Shown here piece by piece: positions 1 through 8,402 of a DNA stretch of 64,000 bases. The DNA is taken from the NCBI GenBank assembly GCA_035272765.1, contig DATEQG010000028.1, positions 14,068 through 78,067 on the forward strand, read 5' to 3'. The stretch's first letter is position 1; each line of letters opens with the position of its first letter. This DNA is from Candidatus Acidiferrum sp. Lineage in GTDB: Bacteria > Acidobacteriota > Terriglobia > Acidiferrales > UBA7541. A program made the position numbers and the translations under genes. The notes under the pieces were generated by a model. It had not been told where the DNA came from. It saw nothing but the letters and a program-made list of their open reading frames with translations, and ran no database searches.

Positions 1-81
1 GTAGCCCGGAAGATCGGTTTGATTAACTCGGGCGTGAGCCAGGTTCGGCTCGAATTGATGGAGTTGCCACAGAAACACTGA
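1..81 (+). CDS. 3' end of probable septal ring lytic transglycosylase RlpA-family protein (partial)
   Basis: Frame 1 reads VARKIGLINSGVSQVRLELMELPQKH*, resembling the RlpA DPBB-domain C-terminus (AARKLG..SGVA.V.LE); 5' part outside window. Confidence 0.55.
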   Translation, partial: VARKIGLINSGVSQVRLELMELPQKH

Positions 82-104
82 CCCCGCCGAAATCGGGGTC
101 TCAC

Positions 105-857
105 ATGACCTTGAGCTTCGACGCCCATCCCCGCAGCAGCTTAATCGTCGCACTGGATTTTGATTCTCTATCCTCTGCCACAAAGTTCGCCAAACAGATT
201 TCCGATCTTGTCGGAATGTTCAAGATCGGCAACCAACTGTTCACCGCTGCAGGGCCTGCGGCGGTGAAAGAAATCGCCGCGCTGGGACCGGGCATCTTTC
301 TCGACCTGAAATTCCACGACATTCCAAACACAGTTGCCGGTGCTGTGCTTTCCGCCGCTGCCATGACCGGCGTGCAGCTCGTCAACGTGCATGCACTCGG
401 TGGCCGCGCCATGCTTGAAGCGGCCGTGCAAGCCATCAGTGCTGGCGTTCCGATGGGTGCCGACCGGCCGCGTCTCCTGGCCGTGACGGTGCTCACCAGC
501 ATGGATCAGAAATCGATGAAGGAAGTCGGAATCGGCGGCCCGCCGAAGAGCCGAGTGGTGAAACTGGCCCGGCTCGCAAAAGAGGTTGGTGTGGATGGAG
601 TCGTGGCCTCCGTGCAGGAAGCGCGAGCGATTCGCAAAGCCTGCGGACGCGAGTTCTTGATCGTGACGCCGGGTGTGCGGCCCAAAGAGAATGATGGCGC
701 GGCTGCAAAACACGATGATCAGGCGCGCACTGCCAGTCCGACAGAAGCCATCAAAGCTGGCGCGGACTACATCGTAGTTGGCAGGCCGATTCTAGCCGCA
801 GAAGATCCTCGCGCCACCGCGCAAGCCATCGTCGACGAAATCGCCGCAGCTAAGTAG
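105..857 (+). CDS. pyrF: Orotidine-5'-phosphate decarboxylase
   Basis: LIVALD, FKIG, IFLDLKFHDIPNTV, VTVLTS, IVTPGVRP, DDQAR, YIVVGRPI motifs. Confidence 0.97.
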   Translation: MTLSFDAHPRSSLIVALDFDSLSSATKFAKQISDLVGMFKIGNQLFTAAGPAAVKEIAALGPGIFLDLKFHDIPNTVAGAVLSAAAMTGVQLVNVHALGGRAMLEAAVQAISAGVPMGADRPRLLAVTVLTSMDQKSMKEVGIGGPPKSRVVKLARLAKEVGVDGVVASVQEARAIRKACGREFLIVTPGVRPKENDGAAAKHDDQARTASPTEAIKAGADYIVVGRPILAAEDPRATAQAIVDEIAAAK

Positions 858-976
858 ATAGATCCTTTCCCCCGCACCGAGCATGGTCGCCGGCTTGCGA
901 AGTTTGACCCCTTCTTCCTCTCTCCAGTAGCATCGCAAGCGACAGGTTCTTTCGTTTGATTTAGGAGTCGCGATGC

Positions 977-1000
977 GGGCACGGCATGCCATGTCCCTAC
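977..1000 (-). repeat. GTAG-family REP-like palindrome
   Basis: Minus strand GTAGGGACATGGCATGCCGTGCCC: GTAG tetranucleotide followed by an imperfect hairpin; related copies at 44514 and 55391. Confidence 0.7.
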
Positions 1001-1021
1001 GCGGACGAACTGCAAATCTCC

Positions 1022-2932
1022 ATGTCCATTCAAAGCAAAAGTGTGATTGTCGGGACGGCGGGACACATTGATCACGGCAAATCCGCGCTTGTAGAGGCGT
1101 TGACGGGAACGCATCCGGACAGGCTGGCGGAAGAGAAGCGGCGCGGGATTACGATCGATCTCGGCTTTGCCTTTCTAGAAGAAAATGACGTCCGATTCGG
1201 CTTGGTGGATGTACCGGGGCACGAGCGCTTTGTGAGCAACATGCTGGCGGGCGCGGCGGGGATCGATCTGGTGCTGCTTGTAATTGCAGCGGATGAATCG
1301 ATCATGCCGCAGACGCGGGAGCATTTCGATATTTGCCGGTTGTTGGGCGTTACGCGGGGCGTCGTGGCGCTGACGAAAGGCGATTTGGTTTCTGCGGACA
1401 TGCTCGGTCTGGTGCGGCTGGAAGTGGAAGAGTATTTGCGCGGTTCGTTTCTCGAGCGCGCGCCGATGATTCCAGTGAGCGCCAAGACGGGTGCCGGGCT
1501 CGCGGAGCTAAGGAAGGCACTGCACGTCGTGGCCACAGAAATCCCTGGAAAGGACGCCGCGCGATACTTCAGGTTGCCGATCGACCGGGCGTTTGCCATG
1601 AAGGGGTTCGGAACGGTGGTGACGGGTACGCTGAATTCGGGCAGCGTAGGCCCAGAGGATGAAGTTGAACTTTTCCCTGGAGGCAAGCGACTGCGCGTGC
1701 GCGGCGTGCAATCGGGCGGGAAATCCGTGGAGCGCGCCATTGCGGGGCAACGCACGGCGGTGAATCTTGCGGGAATCGATCACGCCGATGTGAAGCGCGG
1801 AATGACGCTGGCTGCGCCGGGACATTTTCGTACCACGCGCAGGATGGATGTGCGGCTCACGCTGCTGCCTTCCGCGCGCAAGCTGAAGCATCGCGCGCGT
1901 GTGCATTTCCATACAGGGACTGCGGAGACGATCGCAGAAGTTTTTCTTTATGGCGAAAGCGCACTGTCGCCTGGGCAGAGCGCTCTGGGCCATTTGCGCC
2001 TGCAGGAGGACGTATTGCTGCTGCCTGGGGACCGATTCATCGTGCGGCAATTTTCGCCGGTCATCACGATTGGGGGAGGCGTGATTGTGGATGCGCTGGC
2101 AAGGCGTCCCATGGCGCGAGACACGGGACGAACGGCGTATCTCGAAACGCTGGAAAACGGGAAGCGCGAAGCCATGCTGGCCGCGATGACCGAGCGCGCG
2201 TTGCTGGGATTGGGGATGGAAGAGACCGTCGCGCGGACAGGCTGGTTGGAGCCGGAGATTCGAGAGGCTGCCCAGAAGCTTGCTACAGCCGGAGCGATCA
2301 AAGTCGTATCCGCGGAGCCACTGTTCCTGCTGAGTAGAAAGGCATTCGACGACTTGCGCCGGAAAATTGGCGAGCGCGTCGAACGGTTCCACAAAGAGAA
2401 TCCGCTGTCTCCGGGAATTGCGCGGGAGGATTTGCGCGCGAGCCTCGGAAAACGCGTGCGGCCGGAGACGTTTCGCGCGGCGCTCGAAGAGTTGGCGCTG
2501 GAAAAGAAAATAGATTTGCAGGGCGAGCTGGTGAAGCGGGCAGGAGCCCAGATTGCATTGCAGCCGGAAGAAGCGCAGGCAAAGGCAGATATCGAGAAGG
2601 CCTTTGCCGATGCGGGATTGGCCGTCCCGTCGGTGAAAGAGGTGCTTGCAAAACTTTCCGTGGAGGCGAGGCGTACAGAGAAGCTGCTGCAAATTTTGTT
2701 GCGCGAGAAGATTCTGGTCCGCGTGAGCGTGGAGCTCATTTTTCACCGCGATGCGCTGGCACAGCTCAAGGTGCAGCTTGCCGGGTATAAAAAGGCGAAG
2801 GGCGAGCGAATATCCGTCCCGATATTCAAGGACCTGACGGGTATCACGCGCAAGTACGCAATTCCGCTGCTTGAATACCTGGACCGGGAGCGGGTGACGC
2901 GCCGGGCCGGGGATGAGCGTGTTATACTTTGA
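1022..2932 (+). CDS. selB: Selenocysteine-specific translation elongation factor
   Basis: GTAGHIDHGKS, EEKRRGITIDLGF, DVPGHERF, LTKGD GTPase motifs; C-terminal winged-helix TRKYAIPLLEYLD; ATG 1022 preferred over 986, which lies inside a REP. Confidence 0.96.
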   Translation: MSIQSKSVIVGTAGHIDHGKSALVEALTGTHPDRLAEEKRRGITIDLGFAFLEENDVRFGLVDVPGHERFVSNMLAGAAGIDLVLLVIAADESIMPQTREHFDICRLLGVTRGVVALTKGDLVSADMLGLVRLEVEEYLRGSFLERAPMIPVSAKTGAGLAELRKALHVVATEIPGKDAARYFRLPIDRAFAMKGFGTVVTGTLNSGSVGPEDEVELFPGGKRLRVRGVQSGGKSVERAIAGQRTAVNLAGIDHADVKRGMTLAAPGHFRTTRRMDVRLTLLPSARKLKHRARVHFHTGTAETIAEVFLYGESALSPGQSALGHLRLQEDVLLLPGDRFIVRQFSPVITIGGGVIVDALARRPMARDTGRTAYLETLENGKREAMLAAMTERALLGLGMEETVARTGWLEPEIREAAQKLATAGAIKVVSAEPLFLLSRKAFDDLRRKIGERVERFHKENPLSPGIAREDLRASLGKRVRPETFRAALEELALEKKIDLQGELVKRAGAQIALQPEEAQAKADIEKAFADAGLAVPSVKEVLAKLSVEARRTEKLLQILLREKILVRVSVELIFHRDALAQLKVQLAGYKKAKGERISVPIFKDLTGITRKYAIPLLEYLDRERVTRRAGDERVIL

Positions 2933-2996
2933 ATGTATGTAGCGCAAAGCCGCGGCGCGCGGGTTTGTGGAATCCGGCGCGAAAGGTAGGTGCCCG

Positions 2997-3206
2997 ATGT
3001 GGGACAGCCCAATGCATTTGTTGATCGTCGCGATCGTCATTCTGGTTCTATTCGGCGGGCGCAAGATTCCTGAGTTGATGCGCGGACTGGGCGAAGGCGT
3101 GCGCGGATTCAAGGAAGGCATGTCCGGTGCGCAGGCGCAGTCGACGCCGCCTCCTCCGCAAGCCGCCACCCCGGCTGAGAAGCCTGCGGAAGAAAAGAAG
3201 GCATAA
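2997..3206 (+). CDS. tatA: Twin-arginine translocase TatA/TatE subunit
   Basis: HLLIVAIVILVLFGGRKIPELMRGLGEGVRGFKEGM: TM helix, FG hinge and amphipathic helix. Confidence 0.93.
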   Translation: MWDSPMHLLIVAIVILVLFGGRKIPELMRGLGEGVRGFKEGMSGAQAQSTPPPPQAATPAEKPAEEKKA

Positions 3207-3245
3207 CAACGATCTTTTCCGGAAGGTAGAGAAATTCAGATTGCG

Positions 3246-3282
3246 AGGCGCCCCGACCTAGTGGGGGCGCCTTTTCGTTTTT
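3246..3282 (+). terminator. Rho-independent terminator after tatA
   Basis: AGGCGCCCC-loop-GGGGCGCCT stem followed by TTTCGTTTTT. Confidence 0.85.
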
Positions 3283-3502
3283 GTAGCGCATGTTTTTGCA
3301 CAACTCTTCTTGACCGGGTGATTTGCCTCACTCCTCGAGGCGCGCCCGTTTACGAAAACGGGAAAGCCGGACAACCAAGAGTGCCTGCCCCACAACGGAA
3401 GCATCGCCAGAGCGCGCATCTCTGCTACTCTAATCGGGGGGTCCCTCCTGCTTTTTCGCAGATGGACGGGCTAATTTCCTCCTGGAGTTCCGCTGAGACT
3501 TG

Positions 3503-4372
3503 ATGGCTTCGGTCACCGCACCAGCATCGCCTCTTCCGGTGGAGCACGCCGCGCCCACCATCGTGCGCATCGAACCGCCGCGCGGCTGGCTCGATCTGCG
3601 CCTCGGCGAAGTGTGGGCCTACCGCGAACTTCTTTACTTCTTCGTCTGGCGCGACGTCAAAGTCCGATACAAACAAACCGTCATCGGCGTGGCCTGGGTC
3701 GTGCTGCAGCCGCTGATGACCATGGGCGTCTTCACGCTCTTTTTTGGGCGCCTCGCCAAACTTCCCTCCGATGGCCTGCCCTACCCGGTTTTTTATTTTA
3801 CGGCGCTGGTTCCCTGGACTTATTTCTCCACGGCGCTGCAGTCCTGCACCAGCATCGTGGTGGACAATCAGCGCGTCATCACGAAGGTCTTTTTTCCGCG
3901 CCTGGTGCTCCCGCTTTCGGCCGTCGTTTCCGGCTTAGTGGACTTCGCGATCGGCTTCGTGGTGATGGCCGTGGTACTCGCCATTTACGGCATGCGGCCC
4001 GGCCTGGCCGCGCTGTGGCTGCCGGTCCTGGTGCTCCTCGCGGTGTTCACCGCGCTCGGCGTCGGCCTGTGGATGTCAGCGCTCAACGCTCTCTATCGCG
4101 ACGTGAAGTACATCGTTCCCTTTCTGATGCAGTTCTGGATGTTCGCCTCGCCGGTGGCGTATCCCTCGTCGCTGGTTCCCCAGCGCTGGCGATGGTTGTA
4201 CGGCCTCAATCCCATGGCCGGCGTCATTGACGGTTTCCGCTGGGCGCTGACAGGCCACGGCCAGCCCCCCGGCGCGCTGCTACTGGCATCCACCGGCGGA
4301 GTGGCGCTCGTGCTGCTGGGCGGCCTGTTTTTCTTCCAGCGTATGGAAGGGGCGATCGCGGATCGAGTGTGA
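3503..4372 (+). CDS. wzm: ABC-2 polysaccharide export permease (Wzm/RfbA type)
   Basis: YRELLYFFVWRDVKVRYKQT, KVFFPR, YRDVKY, LNPMAGVIDGFRWAL; six TM segments. Confidence 0.93.
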   Translation: MASVTAPASPLPVEHAAPTIVRIEPPRGWLDLRLGEVWAYRELLYFFVWRDVKVRYKQTVIGVAWVVLQPLMTMGVFTLFFGRLAKLPSDGLPYPVFYFTALVPWTYFSTALQSCTSIVVDNQRVITKVFFPRLVLPLSAVVSGLVDFAIGFVVMAVVLAIYGMRPGLAALWLPVLVLLAVFTALGVGLWMSALNALYRDVKYIVPFLMQFWMFASPVAYPSSLVPQRWRWLYGLNPMAGVIDGFRWALTGHGQPPGALLLASTGGVALVLLGGLFFFQRMEGAIADRV

Positions 4373-4421
4373 GGCGGAGGAGCGAAGCTAGAAAATAATG
4401 ATGTAACGAGATAAGGAGGGG

Positions 4422-4672
4422 CCCCCCACCCCCGGGTTTTTTCGTAACTGCAGATTCCAAAGGGTTTTAAGTGCTTTGTTTTGGAAGTGCGGATTCTAAA
4501 AGGGTTAGGAGCACGTTTTTGGTAAGTGCGGATTCTAAAGGAGTTGTGGCCTGGGAAAAACGAAACGAGGATAAGGGGTAAGCCGCCGGGCACGTCGAGC
4601 GGCTGGGGACAATCGATCTGTCCACGACGACCAAGCACAGGTCATGGTAGCGTGTAGTTACTGAGTTGTCAA
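4422..4672 (-). repeat. Dispersed promoter-bearing element with 39-bp tandem repeats (copy 1)
   Basis: Cores CTGCAGATTCCAAA, GTGCGGATTCTAAA, GTGCGGATTCTAAA start at 4448, 4487, 4526 (period 39); CCCCACCCCCGGG box at the left; homologous to 57064-57371. Confidence 0.8.
4644..4672 (-). promoter_or_regulatory. Sigma70-type promoter firing leftward through the repeat element
   Basis: TTGACA (4672-4667), 17-nt spacer, TACCAT (4649-4644); GTG start 5 nt downstream at 4638. Confidence 0.7.
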
Positions 4673-4750
4673 GTAAATTCGCAATAGGAATTGCAGGCTT
4701 GTAAAGGGTTGAAAAGGGAGAGGATGGGCGTTAGAAAGCCTCAAGGCAAG

Positions 4751-4843
4751 ATGAGAATGGCGGCGATTCACGGGGAGGGGCTGGGGAAAGGGTACCAGCG
4801 AGGTTTCTCCGCTGGCTCCTGCCTCGCGGAGCCTCGTATATGA
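4751..4843 (+). pseudogene. 30-aa ORF duplicating the wzt 5' end
   Basis: MRMAAIHGEGLGKGYQRGFSA vs Wzt MSTAVIHGEGLGKEYRRGLSA; stop overlaps the next ATG (ATGA at 4840). Confidence 0.75.
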
Positions 4844-5571
4844 GCCTCCAGAGCGAATATGACATCTGGCATCGACGGATCTACGACGCCAATCCAGGTC
4901 ACGAAGACGCCTCCAGTCCGTGGTATCAGCTGGTGCGCGAATATCTGGGCAGCGTTGCCGGTCTGCGCATCCTCGAGGTGGCCTGCGGCCGCGGAGGTTT
5001 TGTCAGGGAGCTGGCGCGGGCTGGAGCTCGCGTCACCGGCTGCGATTTTTCTGCTTCGGCCTTGCGCGTCGCCGGCACGAAGCTCGGTGCGGCAGACGCC
5101 CCGCTGGCGGCAGCGCTCATTCAGGCCGACGCTCAAAACCTGCCCTTTGCCGATAGCACTTTTGACCTGGTGATTTCCTGCGAGACGATTGAGCACCTGC
5201 CGGATGTGCAATCCGCCATCCGGGGGATGTACCGCGTTACCCGCCCCGGCGGCAAACTATTTTTGACTACCCCCAACTACGCCAATTTCATGGGTCTGTA
5301 CGAGGTTTACTCGCGGGTCCGGCATCCCTCGCGCAAGGACGACCAGCCTTTCGACCGCCGCCAGTGGTTCCCCCAGATTCTCGGCTGGGTGCGGCGCGCA
5401 GGGTGGACCGTTCTCGGCACGGATGGAACCGTGCACCAATTCCCTTTCCTCCCCGGCCGCAACCCCATACGATGGGAAGCTCTGGAATCCAATCGCGCGG
5501 TGAGGAAGCTGCTTAGTCCACTGGCCTACACATATTTCGTGATGGCGCAGAAAAATGGGCAGGCGGCGTGA
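4840..5571 (+). CDS. Class I SAM-dependent methyltransferase
   Basis: ILEVACGRG motif I, ADAQNLPFADSTFDLVIS, ETIEHL, RPGGKLFLTTPN. Confidence 0.9.
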   Translation: MSLQSEYDIWHRRIYDANPGHEDASSPWYQLVREYLGSVAGLRILEVACGRGGFVRELARAGARVTGCDFSASALRVAGTKLGAADAPLAAALIQADAQNLPFADSTFDLVISCETIEHLPDVQSAIRGMYRVTRPGGKLFLTTPNYANFMGLYEVYSRVRHPSRKDDQPFDRRQWFPQILGWVRRAGWTVLGTDGTVHQFPFLPGRNPIRWEALESNRAVRKLLSPLAYTYFVMAQKNGQAA

Positions 5572-5655
5572 AGTGCTCCAGAAGTTTTCAGGCGTAGCGG
5601 GGATGTCTACCAGAGGCGGGGAAACTTACGTGTTCGCAAGGATTACAAAGGAACG

Positions 5656-6903
5656 ATGAGCACAGCAGTGATTCACGGGGAAGGGTTGGGGAAGGAATAC
5701 CGGCGGGGGTTGTCCGCTGATCCGGGGCTGCGGCATGCGCTGGAACGATTCGTGAAGTCGCCGCTTTCCGGCTTCCGCCGCAAGAAGAACGAAACGTTTT
5801 GGGCGCTGAAAGATGTGTCTTTGCAAGTCAATGAGGGCGAAGTGCTTGGGCTGATCGGGCGAAACGGCGCGGGGAAGACTACTCTCCTGAAAATTCTTTC
5901 AAGGATCACCAAGCCGACAACGGGTTGGGCGGAGATACATGGGCGCGTCGGCTCGCTGCTCGAAGTGGGGACGGGGTTTCATCCGGAATTGACGGGCCGG
6001 GAGAATACCTTCCTCAGCGGCGCGATCCTGGGAATGGCCAAGAGCGAAATCACGCGAAAGTTTGATGAGATCGTGGCGTTCGCGGAGCTGGAGAAGTTTA
6101 TTGATACGCCGGTGAAGCACTATTCGAGCGGGATGTACGTGCGGCTGGCGTTTGCGGTTGCGGCGCATCTGGAGCCTGAAATTCTGCTGGTGGATGAAGT
6201 TCTCGCGGTGGGCGATATACGGTTTCAAAAGAAGTGCATGGGAAAGATGGGCGACGTCGCCCGCGCGGGCCGCACAGTCGTTCTTGTGAGCCACAATATG
6301 GGAGCGATCAGCGCTCTGTCCTCCCGTGTCATGCTTCTGAGAGATGGGATTGTCGAGTTCGATGGCACCGTTGCGGAAGCGACTGCTCTCTATTATTCAG
6401 AATCCTTGGAAGTCGCAAGAAATGGGGCGAATCTTTTGGAGAGGCCCCGAGAAGGCAACGGAAAAGCGCGGTTTTCTTCCATTACCATACGACCATTAGA
6501 CTCGAGAGGGGAGCCAATGGAAGTCGCGTGCCCCGGCTGCGATCTGAGCATAGAGGTAGAGGTCCAATGCGAAACCGGCTTTGTCGATTGTAATTTGGCT
6601 CTAATTTTTTATGATACCAATGGATTTCGTGTGATCGACACGAATACTGCACAAAAAGGAATATTTGTGGGTCTCAACGCTGGACAAAGAGGACGAGCCC
6701 GGTTTGTGCTTCGGGAAGTACTGCTAAGGCCCGGAAAGTATTTTGTAGGGGTATTCCTCGGAAGACATATGCTCGAAATTGTGGATCACGTTGAAAACGC
6801 AACTACGCTTGATTTTGTTGAGAGCGAAGAGACCAGCCAGCATTCCGTCATTTATCCGGGTATCTACCTATGCCGTTTCGAGAGTAGCTTTACTTCGAGC
6901 TAA
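5656..6903 (+). CDS. wzt: Polysaccharide ABC transporter ATPase with C-terminal Wzt_C domain
   Basis: GRNGAGKTT Walker A, YSSGM signature, LLVDEVLAVGD Walker B, VSHN; ~170-aa C-terminal beta domain. Confidence 0.94.
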   Translation: MSTAVIHGEGLGKEYRRGLSADPGLRHALERFVKSPLSGFRRKKNETFWALKDVSLQVNEGEVLGLIGRNGAGKTTLLKILSRITKPTTGWAEIHGRVGSLLEVGTGFHPELTGRENTFLSGAILGMAKSEITRKFDEIVAFAELEKFIDTPVKHYSSGMYVRLAFAVAAHLEPEILLVDEVLAVGDIRFQKKCMGKMGDVARAGRTVVLVSHNMGAISALSSRVMLLRDGIVEFDGTVAEATALYYSESLEVARNGANLLERPREGNGKARFSSITIRPLDSRGEPMEVACPGCDLSIEVEVQCETGFVDCNLALIFYDTNGFRVIDTNTAQKGIFVGLNAGQRGRARFVLREVLLRPGKYFVGVFLGRHMLEIVDHVENATTLDFVESEETSQHSVIYPGIYLCRFESSFTSS

Positions 6904-6915
6904 TCAAAATAGCGG

Positions 6916-7563
6916 ATGCGCTCAATAACTGAGTATTGGAATCGGTTTCAGGAAAAGCGGCTAACCGAAAGGATTCTGCCCTACACGTTGGTGGGTCCAG
7001 AGCGTATCCATAATTTGTGTGTTTTAGCGCAGCGCATAGAAAAAGAAGGCATAGAGGGCGACGTTATGGAGTGCGGAGTCTGCAATGGCGGTACGGGTGC
7101 CCTATTAGCTCATTTTGCGACGCGGTCACGGTTTAACCGTACAGTCTGGCTACTAGATTCCTTTCAGGGTATGCCGGAGACTACGGTCGAGGATGGGGAC
7201 GTGGCAAAGGCCCACGTTGGCAAGGAGGTGGGCGATATTGTCCGAGTGAACGAGGCACTGAAGAGAGTCAATGCAGACATGAGCCGCGTTCGCATTGTGG
7301 GCGGGTGGTTTCAGGACACGTTTCCAAGCGTCGCAGTGCAGAAGATCGCAATCCTCAATATTGACGCGGACTGGTATGAATCAGTGAAGTTGTGCCTCGA
7401 AACTTTCTACGATCGAGTGGTCCAAGGGGGCTTTGTGTCGTTTGATGATTACGGCCACTGGCCCGGTTGTAAGAAGGCCGTGGACGAGTTTTTTATTGGG
7501 CGTCAACTACCATATAAGTTGAATCAAGTCGACTATACCGCTCACTGGTTCCGCAAAGAATGA
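6916..7563 (+). CDS. TylF/MycF/NovP-family O-methyltransferase
   Basis: GDVMECGVCNGG, LLDSFQGMP, GWFQDTFP, IDADWYES, DDYGHWPG. Confidence 0.9.
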   Translation: MRSITEYWNRFQEKRLTERILPYTLVGPERIHNLCVLAQRIEKEGIEGDVMECGVCNGGTGALLAHFATRSRFNRTVWLLDSFQGMPETTVEDGDVAKAHVGKEVGDIVRVNEALKRVNADMSRVRIVGGWFQDTFPSVAVQKIAILNIDADWYESVKLCLETFYDRVVQGGFVSFDDYGHWPGCKKAVDEFFIGRQLPYKLNQVDYTAHWFRKE

Positions 7564-8402
7564 CTAAGCCATATCTTAATCTTGGCTGCGGTCGCCGTTT
7601 TCATTCCGATTGGGAGAATTTGGATTTCTTTGCGCCGTCAGCTGCTGTGCGCCCTCACGACTTACGTGAGGGCGTACCCTTTCCTGATGAAACGTTCGAT
7701 GTGGTCTACCACTCACATGTGCTAGAACATTTTTCAAAACAAACTGCATGCACCTTTTTGCGGGAGTGCCAGCGGGTGTTAAGGCGAGGTGGCACTATTC
7801 GGGTCGCCATTCCAGATCTGGAGAAGATCGCCCAGCTGTACTTGGAATCTTTGGAGAAGGCATCCTTGGGGATTGCTGGATGGAAAGAAAACTATGATTG
7901 GGTGATGCTGGAAATGTATGACCAGGCGGTACGGGAGCAGCCTGGCGGAGCATGCTACGAGTATTACCGGCAAGAGATTATTCCCAATTGGGCCTTTGTT
8001 CTCCAGCGCACAGGGGCGGAAGCTCATGCGGCGATGAAGGCTGCTAGGGCAGAATCTCCTTCGCCCATGAACGGATTTCAACACCTGCGCACCAAATTAG
8101 AGTATGTTCTTCACAATTTTGGACCTGTTTTCCGAAATAAGCTTGCCCGAATTTTTTTGAGCGAAGAAGACTATGCAGCACTGCGAGTGGGACGTTTCCG
8201 GAGACAGGGGGAAATTCACCAGTGGATGTACGACACGTATTCTTTGGCCCGCCTGCTACGGGAGTGCGGGTTCTGCGATCCGCAGCGATGTGCGGCCACG
8301 GAAAGCCGCATCCCCAACTGGGCACAATACTGCTTGGACAGCGAGGCAGACGGGACGACATACAAGCCTGACTCGATGTATATGGAAGCCGTCAAACCGT
8401 GA
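7560..8402 (+). CDS. Methyltransferase-domain protein
   Basis: YLNLGCG, PFPDETFDVVYHSHVLEH, RVLRRGGTIRVAIPDLE; ATGA overlap with upstream gene. Confidence 0.85.
   Translation: MTKPYLNLGCGRRFHSDWENLDFFAPSAAVRPHDLREGVPFPDETFDVVYHSHVLEHFSKQTACTFLRECQRVLRRGGTIRVAIPDLEKIAQLYLESLEKASLGIAGWKENYDWVMLEMYDQAVREQPGGACYEYYRQEIIPNWAFVLQRTGAEAHAAMKAARAESPSPMNGFQHLRTKLEYVLHNFGPVFRNKLARIFLSEEDYAALRVGRFRRQGEIHQWMYDTYSLARLLRECGFCDPQRCAATESRIPNWAQYCLDSEADGTTYKPDSMYMEAVKP

Noticed and set aside
1508-3169. Long antisense or alternative-frame ORFs (also 11981-13267, 29926-31443, 35851-36930, 41256-42527, 54722-56677)
   Set aside because: Shadows of well-supported genes in GC-rich DNA; no recognisable motifs
4445-4545. 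39-bp repeats as a CRISPR array
   Set aside because: Units are contiguous and degenerate with no ~30-nt unique spacers; no cas genes in the window
4643-4655. ops/JUMPStart-like GGTAGCGTG ahead of polysaccharide genes
   Set aside because: Lacks the GGC prefix and is better explained as the -10 box of the minus-strand promoter shared with 57342-57347
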